DNA of 64,000 bases, from assembly GCA_964471165.1 (NCBI GenBank), contig CAYYEX010000001.1, positions 65,037 to 129,036 of the forward strand, given 5' to 3'. How positions within the stretch are numbered: the first letter of the stretch is position 1; every line of letters begins with the position of its first letter. Made by a program: the position numbers and the translations under genes. The DNA is from an uncultured Candidatus Saccharibacteria bacterium. Its GTDB lineage: Bacteria; Patescibacteriota; Minisyncoccia; Phycocordibacterales; UBA2100. Under the pieces are notes generated by a model. The model worked only from the letters and a program-made list of their open reading frames with translations, was not told where the DNA came from and made no database searches. Positions 9,203 to 16,717 of this stretch are shown here, piece after piece.

Positions 9203-11089
9203 TTATCTGCAGATATTGATTTCTAAGTCGTCGTGGTAGTTCAGGCTCTGCAATTCAATCAAACGGGACAGTTTTTGGACCTCTACAGGATTTCCCATTT
9301 GCCACTTTTCAATTACAAGTATGTCCTCTCCTCCCTTTTCGATGCCAAGAATAACGGTTGAATGGATTTCTTGGAAAGATTCTCCGCGCCCGTTTGATAT
9401 AAGCAAAACACGCGACGCGGGCGCATTCGAAATACTTTCAATAATCTCTTTAACAATTCTGTTTGCGTGGTCTTTGGCCCCCTGCACACTCGCAAGTCCG
9501 CGAATCTCTGTGTGGGGAATCGCGATATGCTCGCCACTGTCATACATATCTTCTGTATATTCCTTCATGTCCTGCACAAATTCTTTCCCTTCGGCGCTCT
9601 CAAACATTTTGCTTACTTTTTCCTTGAATGCCTGTTCCCATTCATATTCCGACTCGAAATCCTCTAACTTTGGCTTCTCAACTGCCGGCGCAGTCGGTAC
9701 CGGCAAATCCAGGTCATCCCTGGCAATCGTGAGCATGAACGAATGGCAATCGTAGCTTTGCTCGTCATTCTTCGCATACCGAGCAGCAAGATGCTCGTTC
9801 AATGCGTTGAAATCTCTTGTCTCAAAACAATGTTCGGCTAATTTGTACGTTTCCTCAAGGCGCGGGGAAAGAGGCTCTAGGTATTCAACTTCGCCAGGAA
9901 TCGGTTCTGCTTCCGCGCGGCGAACACCCTCGCTGTCAAAGACATCGTCGTATGGCTGCCAACCGCGGTTACGCGTTTTCACAGACACGCCTGCACGTAC
10001 TTTAGTTCCACTATTGTCGTTCCAAAGTTTACTCAGATACTCCTGAGAATCCGGACGCAGGTCTTGAAAAAGCTTCCTGTTCGCCGCACCAATTGCGTTC
10101 TCACGCGAATTGTCTCCTGGCTTATTGTTGCTATTAACGAGCATTTGAGAGAGCTCGTGGTCGGAGGATTTGACAACACTTAATATTTTTTCCAAACCAG
10201 CATCTGTAAATGCATCCTTGATACTTTGGTCGAACAAATCACCGCCCCGGATATAGCCGCGCTTTATGCCCTCCCATATCTGTTCAACAGACGTTTCCGC
10301 AGCTTCTGCTAAATACTCCATAAAGATACGCACAAACCGCACTTCAGATTTGCGGTGAAATCCGTACTGAAAGAGCTCACTATTCGAACATGATATGTAC
10401 TTCTGCACATCATCCCGTGTTATCCCGAACCGGTCGGGACCGACTCTCCTCACGTATTCAACAAGCGTATCCTGCGTAATCATTTGGGTTATTCCCTCAT
10501 CGAGTATTTCCCCAAAAAACCGCCATGTTTCCAAAAGTAGGTTCTTTGTCTCTTCTTCATATACCCTATAGCCCGAAATTTCTCGCGTAGTGCTGTTTAT
10601 GAAGCTGGTGAGAAAGTGACCGATTTGCTCACGGCGCTGCAGTGCAATAGCGTGTGTCTCTTCGTGAATAACTATTTCCAACGCATTGATTCGCTTCAAT
10701 GCTTTAGTATCAATGCCAGGAACCGCAAAGTATCCTGTGCCCTTGAGTGGCTCTAAGTGCAGGGGCACACGCTCTAGCGCCAGGCCTTTCCCTTTACTAC
10801 GAGCGACTACAATTGTGTTGTCTTCCGGGTTGTAGTGCGCAGCGCCATACTCAATGTCTCCGACAAAAAAACGCTCTGCTCCAACAAAATTAATGTCTTT
10901 GGGATTCGCTCCACTCTTCTTATGCATTTCCTCAAAAATTTCACGAAGCGTTTTGAGGTCAACGGTTTCAAGAAAATTTGATACCCGCTCGTCTCTTTCG
11001 AGGCCGCGGCGTAATAGCTTTTCAACCGAAGGCGCCTTGCTATATCCGGTTCGCCCCGCTGGCCGTTCGTGTGATTGTGATTCTTTCAC
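9203..11089 (-). CDS. large acidic hypothetical protein with a single HExxH (HEETH) motif; possible zincin-like metallopeptidase domain
   Basis: 628-aa uninterrupted ORF. IVIHEETHAIAL contains HExxH. No other recognisable domain. Confidence 0.6.
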   Translation of the reverse strand: MKESQSHERPAGRTGYSKAPSVEKLLRRGLERDERVSNFLETVDLKTLREIFEEMHKKSGANPKDINFVGAERFFVGDIEYGAAHYNPEDNTIVVARSKGKGLALERVPLHLEPLKGTGYFAVPGIDTKALKRINALEIVIHEETHAIALQRREQIGHFLTSFINSTTREISGYRVYEEETKNLLLETWRFFGEILDEGITQMITQDTLVEYVRRVGPDRFGITRDDVQKYISCSNSELFQYGFHRKSEVRFVRIFMEYLAEAAETSVEQIWEGIKRGYIRGGDLFDQSIKDAFTDAGLEKILSVVKSSDHELSQMLVNSNNKPGDNSRENAIGAANRKLFQDLRPDSQEYLSKLWNDNSGTKVRAGVSVKTRNRGWQPYDDVFDSEGVRRAEAEPIPGEVEYLEPLSPRLEETYKLAEHCFETRDFNALNEHLAARYAKNDEQSYDCHSFMLTIARDDLDLPVPTAPAVEKPKLEDFESEYEWEQAFKEKVSKMFESAEGKEFVQDMKEYTEDMYDSGEHIAIPHTEIRGLASVQGAKDHANRIVKEIIESISNAPASRVLLISNGRGESFQEIHSTVILGIEKGGEDILVIEKWQMGNPVEVQKLSRLIELQSLNYHDDLEINICR

Positions 11090-11233
11090 ACGGCTATGAT
11101 ATCACCGCTCCTGTTAGTGATTGCTTCACCTGCAAGTACCATGCCTGCACCATACGAGGTTAGGCCTATGGCAACCTCCTGATATATAGTATTGCCATTG
11201 AGGTAAATACTTAAAAGAATAGGCGGCACCGCT

Positions 11234-11473
11234 ATGGATGAAACAGAACAGAATGAAGCAGAACAAACAACCGACAGTAACGGCAACACATTGCAAAATG
11301 GCGATTCGGTCCTCGTTATCAAGGACCTTAAGGTAAAGGGAAGTTCTGTCACGTTAAAAAAAGGAACCAAGGTAAAGAACATCCGTTTGACCGATTCTCC
11401 GGACGAGATAGAGGGCAATGTCGACAGCGTTCGCGGCCTTGTTCTTAAAACAGAATTCGTCAAAAAAGCGTAG
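11234..11473 (+). CDS. PhnA-domain protein (79 aa)
   Basis: [33 protein letters not shown]...KTEFVKKA matches the conserved C-terminal PhnA/YjdC domain. Confidence 0.7.
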   Translation: MDETEQNEAEQTTDSNGNTLQNGDSVLVIKDLKVKGSSVTLKKGTKVKNIRLTDSPDEIEGNVDSVRGLVLKTEFVKKA

Positions 11474-11476
11474 CGG

Positions 11477-11537
11477 GAAGAGCCGCAAGGTTGTGAAGAG
11501 CCGCAAGGTTGTGAAGAGCCGCAAGGTTGAACCTTGC
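11477..11537. repeat. 18-bp tandem repeat (gaagagccgcaaggttgt) x3 ending in palindrome GCAAGGTTgaACCTTGC
   Basis: Direct reading: units at 11477-11494, 11495-11512 and 11513-11530. The last unit merges into a 7-bp-arm hairpin followed by GATTTTG. Confidence 0.8.
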
Positions 11538-11738
11538 GATTTTGACTCTACCCGCCCCCAATGAGATTTATTGCGTGAGCGACAGCGCGGCGCCGAGATA
11601 GTACGGCCAAATAACTACAGCAAGCACCCCGGACCAAAAACTTAGGTGCAGGTACCCGATTGTAAAAAGCCATGCGGCAACCCAGAAACCCCCTGATAAC
11701 GTATGATGCTCAATTTTTATTTTTTCCATACGTCTTTA

Positions 11739-12086
11739 CTATACTCCTTTTTCCCGTATACGTTGGTCACTCACTAAGAAAAGAATCCCTGTGAGCAGAA
11801 AAGGCGCACATAACATTGCGTTCACCCAAAACGAGTTACCGAGCAGAATGAAAGGAATGAGAGATACCATAATGAACATGTATCCTCCCAGTCGCTCGTC
11901 CTTCCAAGCCACGACGAGAACAGTGGCTAGCACTAGACTTGGGATATTGTGAACAAGAAAACCAACGAGTAAATTCGTGAGAGATACACCTGTTTCAAAT
12001 ACATCGAGCGAAAACAGGCTAATGAAAAGAATACCGAGGATTCCCAATATTCGGGGTGCCCAGTATAGCGCTTTGAGCATATCCAT
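11739..12086 (-). CDS. hypothetical 4-TM membrane protein
   Basis: Hydrophobic ORF with no competing frame. Confidence 0.45.
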   Translation of the reverse strand: MDMLKALYWAPRILGILGILFISLFSLDVFETGVSLTNLLVGFLVHNIPSLVLATVLVVAWKDERLGGYMFIMVSLIPFILLGNSFWVNAMLCAPFLLTGILFLVSDQRIREKGV

Positions 12087-12132
12087 ATGATATCAGAAAC
12101 ACACCGTGGGTCGGCTTCCCCCCACCTCGAAT

Positions 12133-12840
12133 TTAACCGGCAGAATTTAACTCCTGGTCGATTCTTGCGATAAGATTCACTGCCAATTGCTTCAAGGCAT
12201 CGAACTCCTGATTATTAAAACGAGTCCGCTCGCTTTCCAGTCTTTCAGCGAGCACGGTCAACGTCTGCCGAAGCATGTAAGGGCTCCAGTAAATATAGGG
12301 AGTACCATCAATCATATACAAATTACTTTTCTCGTCGCCCTCCTTCTTTCCGTACACATACTGCTCGCCCTTAGCGAGGTCTGCAAGAAAAGACGAGTGT
12401 TTATCGTAGGCATTCGTATAATAGCGAATCAACTTTCTTCCAAGATCTAAATACGCGTCGCTCTCTTGCTGCATATTCGACTGTTCATCTGGCGTTACAT
12501 TTGAAATCACCGCAAAGACTTCCTTTCCGCTCTTGTCACCAATTCGTGCTTCTGCCACGACGAACGATATCGGCGAATCAATACCATACCCGCGAAGCTC
12601 ATCAAAATGCCTCTTAGATAGCGCTGCAAATTCTTCCGCTGTGACTTCACCTGACTCTTTCGCGTGCCACCGCCTTTTTTCAATCATGCTCTCCCAGTGA
12701 AGTGGGCGTATGACGAGGTCTTTCCGATTCTCTAATTGCAGTAGTAAGTCATCTTTCGTTTTATCCCAATGTTCAACATGAGGCACGAGCCTGTGCGAAA
12801 ATGCGGTCACCTCTGGAATCTTTTTTAATCTCTCGCTCAT
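12133..12840 (-). CDS. hypothetical protein (235 aa); first gene below the cassette-like array
   Basis: Clean ORF with soluble composition. Preceded (5' on minus) by a copy of the conserved intergenic box. Confidence 0.5.
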   Translation of the reverse strand: MSERLKKIPEVTAFSHRLVPHVEHWDKTKDDLLLQLENRKDLVIRPLHWESMIEKRRWHAKESGEVTAEEFAALSKRHFDELRGYGIDSPISFVVAEARIGDKSGKEVFAVISNVTPDEQSNMQQESDAYLDLGRKLIRYYTNAYDKHSSFLADLAKGEQYVYGKKEGDEKSNLYMIDGTPYIYWSPYMLRQTLTVLAERLESERTRFNNQEFDALKQLAVNLIARIDQELNSAG

Positions 12841-12930
12841 TCACATCATCGTATCAAGAATTGCAGTGAGTCGTCGACACTCTTCAAGACACGCCGTGGC
12901 CAACTCAAGTTAAACGGTGGTTCGCATACA

Positions 12931-12960
12931 TTGCTGAGTGCTCGGTACGAAGTTGGAACT
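12931..12960 (-). repeat. conserved intergenic box, copy R6 (degenerate)
   Basis: gctgagtgctcggtacgaagttggaact; shares ...ggtacgaagttggaac with the other copies. Confidence 0.7.
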
Positions 12961-12970
12961 ATTTTACAGC

Positions 12971-13654
12971 CTAGTGGTGGGAATCTCGAATCGTGAGAAA
13001 TGACTGCCATGTAATCCGCAAGATTACGATAGTGATAATCAAGCCGATGACCGGGTCGGCAATCTGGAGTCCGAAAAAGACAAGCGCAGCACTCGCAACA
13101 ACGGCAAGACTCACATACCCGTCGGCGTGCGCATGCGCGCCATCTGCGATAAGCGCAGGGCTATTGAGTCGTTTCCCCGCACGTGTGCGTATCACGGCCG
13201 CAACTTCGTTACCCGCGTACCCGATGATTCCAGAAATGAGCAAGGCAAACAAATGGTCAACGGTTTGCGGATGAATAAAGCGTAAAATTGCCTCGTAACC
13301 GGCGACGCATGCGCTCACAAAAATTATAAATACAACGAAGTATCCTGCGTATTTTTCCATCACCTTGCTTTGTAACAAAAAAGCTGCGCCAAGCGGCAGA
13401 GCGGTCAGCGCATCTCCAAAGTTATGAATCAGGTCAGCAAGTAGCGCGATGGAATTTGTCGAGAAAAAGATAATCGCTTGGATTCCTGCCGTGGCCAAAA
13501 GTACTACAAGACTCAAGCTTACCGCCCGTACCCCCTCTTTTGATCGCGTGATGGATTCGTGCACCAACCCATGGCTGTGCCCATGTTCGTCGTGCGAATG
13601 ATGGCCATCATGAGGATGGTCGTGATCGTGATTGTGTTCGTGAGAATCGTGCAT
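12971..13654 (-). CDS. cation diffusion facilitator (CDF) family transporter, TM domain only (227 aa)
   Basis: His-rich N-terminus (HDHDHPHDGHHSHDEHGHSHG), 5-6 TM helices, LADLIHNFGDAL motif. Lacks the usual ~80-aa C-terminal cytoplasmic domain. Confidence 0.7.
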   Translation of the reverse strand: MHDSHEHNHDHDHPHDGHHSHDEHGHSHGLVHESITRSKEGVRAVSLSLVVLLATAGIQAIIFFSTNSIALLADLIHNFGDALTALPLGAAFLLQSKVMEKYAGYFVVFIIFVSACVAGYEAILRFIHPQTVDHLFALLISGIIGYAGNEVAAVIRTRAGKRLNSPALIADGAHAHADGYVSLAVVASAALVFFGLQIADPVIGLIITIVILRITWQSFLTIRDSHH

Positions 13655-13680
13655 ATTCAGATCAGAATACCTTAAAAAAC

Positions 13681-13733
13681 TCGACTGGGTGTTTGGTTTA
13701 GCCTGAGCTTGTCGGACGGGACAAAGTTGGAAC
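13681..13733 (-). repeat. conserved intergenic box, copy R5 (with 22-nt insertion)
   Basis: tcgactgggtgtttggt[ttagcctgagcttgtcggacggg]acaaagttggaac. Confidence 0.75.
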
Positions 13734-13738
13734 TTTTC

Positions 13739-14467
13739 TTAAACCTCAGGACTGAACTTATTACGGCTCCAGTTCCATAGAACGGGATGCATTTCGACGG
13801 GAGACACGGTGCCACCATTAAGCAAATCTTTCCATACCTCGGCTACTTCCAACGACGTCATGGTCGGTTTTGCAAGCCCGAGTTTGACCGAACACTGCAA
13901 AACATGCGTGTCCGGAATGATGGATATCTCTGACATATTTTTAAACTTTGCGTCCGTGTAATGCGAAAGGATGTAAAGCCAATAGTTCGCCATCTTCGGT
14001 CCGCTGATATAGGGAAAGTCTTTCCGCATATCTTGCTGAATGATTTTATGGATATTCACAACATCCCAGTCAGCAGTTGTAAAAAGTTCACGTGGATCGC
14101 TTTTGAAATGGGAGCTGAACGCGTTCGATACAGCCATCCATATATCAGTATGCTTATTGAGTTGTAGCGCGAGCTTATGCTTCAGTAAGTCTTTTTGCAC
14201 TTTCTCCCGCGCAGCCTTTGCTACAATTTCCGGAAAGAAAAGATAATTTGTTTCCGAGTCATTCCATGTTTTAAGTGCTGCCGCCCACATTGCCGGCGAT
14301 TGTCGTTGAAAATTGATACTCGGCGGCAATGTGAAATAGAGATAATTTTCTCGACTCCCCTTTTCTAAGCCGGGATTTACTTCATGTTGCGCAAGCATGG
14401 GAATTGCGCCGTCCAAAAAAAGTTGGTGCAGTTTGAGAACCCGCTCCAACTGTTCCGACTTATTCAT
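13739..14467 (-). CDS. hypothetical protein; weak HhH-GPD-like signature
   Basis: Start set to the internal Met (MNKSEQ...) because the upstream part of the ORF overlaps the conserved intergenic box. ...ISIIPDTHVLQCSVKLGL is reminiscent of the PxDTHVxR helix-hairpin-helix motif of EndoIII-type glycosylases. Confidence 0.4.
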   Translation of the reverse strand: MNKSEQLERVLKLHQLFLDGAIPMLAQHEVNPGLEKGSRENYLYFTLPPSINFQRQSPAMWAAALKTWNDSETNYLFFPEIVAKAAREKVQKDLLKHKLALQLNKHTDIWMAVSNAFSSHFKSDPRELFTTADWDVVNIHKIIQQDMRKDFPYISGPKMANYWLYILSHYTDAKFKNMSEISIIPDTHVLQCSVKLGLAKPTMTSLEVAEVWKDLLNGGTVSPVEMHPVLWNWSRNKFSPEV

Positions 14468-14483
14468 AGAATTACTATACCTG

Positions 14484-14516
14484 ACCGGACTGGGTGTTTG
14501 GTACGAAGTTGGAACC
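14484..14516 (-). repeat. conserved intergenic box, copy R4
   Basis: gaccggactgggtgtttggtacgaagttggaacc, starting 3 nt after the upstream gene's stop codon. Confidence 0.85.
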
Positions 14517-14520
14517 GGAG

Positions 14521-14985
14521 TCAAGTATTTACAGGAATGCCCTTCACAAGCTTTTTCCCATCTGAGGTAAGGATGGTCTTCCCCGCAGGGTTGGCCCAGT
14601 CCGTAAAACGCCACCAGATTGGAGTGAACATAAAGAAAACATCGTCCGGATGTTTACCTTCCTTACTGGGGAACTTAGCAAAATATACCTTTTTCAACAT
14701 TTCTTCGTCCGCGCTAAGTAACCGCGCCACACCGTCCAACTGAAAGGTTTTCTCTTTACCTCCCGGTACTTCTTCTAGACCAATTACAAAAGAAGCCCGC
14801 ACCAACTCCTTTTGAAGCAGAGGTTCTACTTTTCTGTATGTTGGGCTTGTGAGGAATATAAACGTCAAAGGGTCGTCATGGTGAGCAAAATGCACAGTAG
14901 CCGCATGTGGAGAGCCATCGGTCATCTCGACAGCTATCACGCCGACCCGCTGAGTGTTTATGTATGCAAGAACTTCAGGATTCAT
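14521..14985 (-). CDS. pyridoxamine 5'-phosphate oxidase-like (PNPOx/FMN-binding split-barrel) family protein
   Basis: N-terminal ...AYINTQRVGVIAVEMTDGSPHAATVHFAHHDD... pattern typical of general-stress PNPOx-like proteins. Confidence 0.6.
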   Translation of the reverse strand: MNPEVLAYINTQRVGVIAVEMTDGSPHAATVHFAHHDDPLTFIFLTSPTYRKVEPLLQKELVRASFVIGLEEVPGGKEKTFQLDGVARLLSADEEMLKKVYFAKFPSKEGKHPDDVFFMFTPIWWRFTDWANPAGKTILTSDGKKLVKGIPVNT

Positions 14986-15005
14986 ATTTATGTTCCACTT
15001 TAATT

Positions 15006-15034
15006 TGCTGGGTGTTTGGTGCGAAGTTGGAACC
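15006..15034 (-). repeat. conserved intergenic box, copy R3
   Basis: tgctgggtgtttggtgcgaagttggaacc, flanked by short inverted repeat GTTCCA / TGGAAC. Confidence 0.85.
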
Positions 15035-15039
15035 TTTTT

Positions 15040-15468
15040 TTAAGACACAGACTCAAACGTCGGGTCATCTTTCGTAAGAATCTCCAATACGTCATCATCG
15101 CCTAGCAAGAAATGCTTCATACCCAAGCAATCATTAACCCCTCGATTCTCTGCATTTAGCCAGTCGATGTAGGGACTTGCAGTTGTATAGCGCAGACCGG
15201 ATATAGGCGACGGACTTTTACTGATGTTCCATGTATCCAAAAGATACGACTCGTTCGTAAATCGGTACGCAAACGGACCCGATATTCTTTCAAAAGTAAT
15301 CTTAATCGTTTCAGCAGATACATTACTTCGATCTTTGAGTTCCACGATCAGACTCACATCATCAATGGACACTTTTTCTATCTTCCACATCGGTACGAAC
15401 TCCCCTTCAAAAGACTTGTTCTCCCAAATGATTTGTCTTGGATTTTCCATGTTCATATCTCTGCTCAC
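15040..15468 (-). CDS. hypothetical protein (142 aa; GTG or internal ATG start)
   Basis: Clean ORF bounded on both sides by copies of the intergenic box. Confidence 0.45.
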   Translation of the reverse strand: MSRDMNMENPRQIIWENKSFEGEFVPMWKIEKVSIDDVSLIVELKDRSNVSAETIKITFERISGPFAYRFTNESYLLDTWNISKSPSPISGLRYTTASPYIDWLNAENRGVNDCLGMKHFLLGDDDVLEILTKDDPTFESVS

Positions 15469-15480
15469 ATGTTACCAAAA

Positions 15481-15512
15481 CCGGACTGGGTGTTTGGGAC
15501 GAAGTTGGAACC
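15481..15512 (-). repeat. conserved intergenic box, copy R2
   Basis: ccggactgggtgtttgggacgaagttggaacc, 5 nt after the upstream gene's stop codon. Confidence 0.85.
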
Positions 15513-15515
15513 CCA

Positions 15516-15917
15516 TTAAAGAACGACCTCCCCAGTTTCTCGTAACTTTTTGAGAAACTCTTCGTCCCGAACTACCACCCTAAACTCGGACGGGTCCGGT
15601 AGTTTCTCAAGATTCGGATTACTGTATGTGACAATCTCTAATATGATAACTCTTCCATCTACGACATGTAGAAGTATTTCTAGCGGTCCGCCATCCCGGG
15701 GATTAATTAGACCCTCTACCGGGACCCTGTCTAGGACGTTCGCTAGCACCTGTGACTTCGTAAGAATATCTATAGTAAGTGACTTATCATCCCACTCTCT
15801 TACTTCGCAATCAGATATTTGTTCGCGAATTGCGTCGCGACCCGGGAAGTCATTCTCGAGCAGCTTATCGAGAACCCTTATCTCATCTTGATTTAATGGT
15901 CGATAATTGTCAGACAT
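15516..15917 (-). CDS. hypothetical acidic protein (133 aa)
   Basis: Clean ORF, no motif recognised. Confidence 0.45.
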   Translation of the reverse strand: MSDNYRPLNQDEIRVLDKLLENDFPGRDAIREQISDCEVREWDDKSLTIDILTKSQVLANVLDRVPVEGLINPRDGGPLEILLHVVDGRVIILEIVTYSNPNLEKLPDPSEFRVVVRDEEFLKKLRETGEVVL

Positions 15918-15919
15918 AT

Positions 15920-15978
15920 CATTGCTTAAAAAACTGGCTGGGCGTTTGGTACGAAGTTGGTACTACATTTAAGCAATG
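15920..15978 (-). repeat. conserved intergenic box, copy R1, embedded in an 11-bp perfect inverted repeat
   Basis: CATTGCTTAAA-aaactggctgggcgtttggtacgaagttggtactaca-TTTAAGCAATG. Confidence 0.85.
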
Positions 15979-15984
15979 ACAACG

Positions 15985-16299
15985 CTACGTCCGGATTGTC
16001 TCCACGTACCCTGGTTTCTTAAAGGCTGTCCAAAGGAGGCCGATGGAAATAGCTGTGAGAAAAATGGCCATGGCAATATTTGGCCCCGGTACATGTTTTG
16101 TCTCAAGGCATGTGGGACCCCGATATTTTCCCCCAGGCGTCATACGCACACAAATTTCGTGATGATCAAATTTGAATGCATATATGGACACAACAAAGCA
16201 AGCGAGGGCAATGATCACAAGCAAGCTCTGCAGAGACCTCGGCACTTTCCTACTCCGCAACATTACATGGATGATGCGCCCGCACGGATGAAAAATCAA
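15985..16299 (-). CDS. hypothetical 2-TM membrane protein (104 aa)
   Basis: Hydrophobic segments; preferred over the competing plus-strand ORF 15976..16332, whose composition is poor. Weak call. Confidence 0.3.
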   Translation of the reverse strand: MIFHPCGRIIHVMLRSRKVPRSLQSLLVIIALACFVVSIYAFKFDHHEICVRMTPGGKYRGPTCLETKHVPGPNIAMAIFLTAISIGLLWTAFKKPGYVETIRT

Positions 16300-16300
16300 T

Positions 16301-16317
16301 CTGGGGGACTTGGAATC
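16301..16317 (-). repeat. 17-nt exact copy of tRNA-Gln 3' end (GATTCCAAGTCCCCCAG), 182 nt downstream of the tRNA
   Basis: ctgggggacttggaatc at 16301-16317 equals 16499-16515. A second degenerate copy ...cttgtcccccag lies at ~16330-16345. Confidence 0.85.
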
Positions 16318-16498
16318 CCCATCGACTCATAATATCAGCCGTCGCTTCTGGGGGACAAGGAGCGCTCGCATGAGCTCGCTTTTTGAGAACCCACGGTTCT
16401 CAACGTGTCTTCGCACTGCTCTCCTCCACGGGAAACTACCGTTTCCCGCCCCCTTCACTTCCAAGTCCCGCAGGACTCGTTCATTTCATTCTCTCGTG

Positions 16499-16569
16499 CT
16501 GGGGGACTTGGAATCGAACCAAGATACGCAGCTTCAAAGGCTGCTGTCCTACCGTTAGACGATCCCCCA
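16499..16569 (-). tRNA. tRNA-Gln (anticodon UUG)
   Basis: Reverse complement TGGGGGATCGTCTAACGGTAGGACAGCAGCCTTTGAAGCTGCG...GGTTCGATTCCAAGTCCCCCAG. U1-A72 pair, G73 discriminator, anticodon loop CTTTGAA. CCA not encoded. Confidence 0.85.
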
Positions 16570-16717
16570 ATGCGCCTAAAGATAGCAGTTTCGAGCAAAA
16601 GTACGAAACCTAGCCTTCCCAGGTGCCTTATTGCATATCCCACCTGATGGGCTATTCTGAGGCAGTCGTCGGGCCTCACAGCCCGATTTTTGCGTATTTG
16701 CAATGGAGGGACTTCTC

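Noticed and set aside
11086-11463. 125-aa minus-strand ORF opposite the PhnA-domain gene
   Set aside because: The plus-strand product matches the conserved PhnA C-terminal domain; the minus-strand translation is Ser/Leu-rich.
11568-11729. 53-codon hydrophobic minus-strand micro-ORF (MEKIKIEHHTLSGGFWVAAWLF...)
   Set aside because: The AAGGAG-like sequence is 14 nt from the ATG (too far) and there is no other support. Possibly a real small membrane protein, but not supportable from sequence alone.
12841-15984. Canonical integron attC sites
   Set aside because: The conserved part is the central 29-nt box rather than R''/R' ends with GTTRRRY core sites. No intI or attI was seen. The array is therefore reported as cassette-like rather than as an integron.
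15976-16332. Plus-strand 118-aa ORF opposite the 15985..16299 membrane-protein ORF
   Set aside because: It breaks the co-directional cassette organisation and has His/Pro/Cys-rich composition. The minus-strand frame shows two clean TM helices.
16320-16480. Possible tmRNA / RNase P RNA / second tRNA in the spacer below tRNA-Gln
   Set aside because: The ssrA tag-peptide reading frame and tRNA-like ends, and the RNase P conserved regions (GGAAAGTCCGG, AGGGTGAAA), are not present. Better explained as degenerate tRNA-Gln fragments (see findings).
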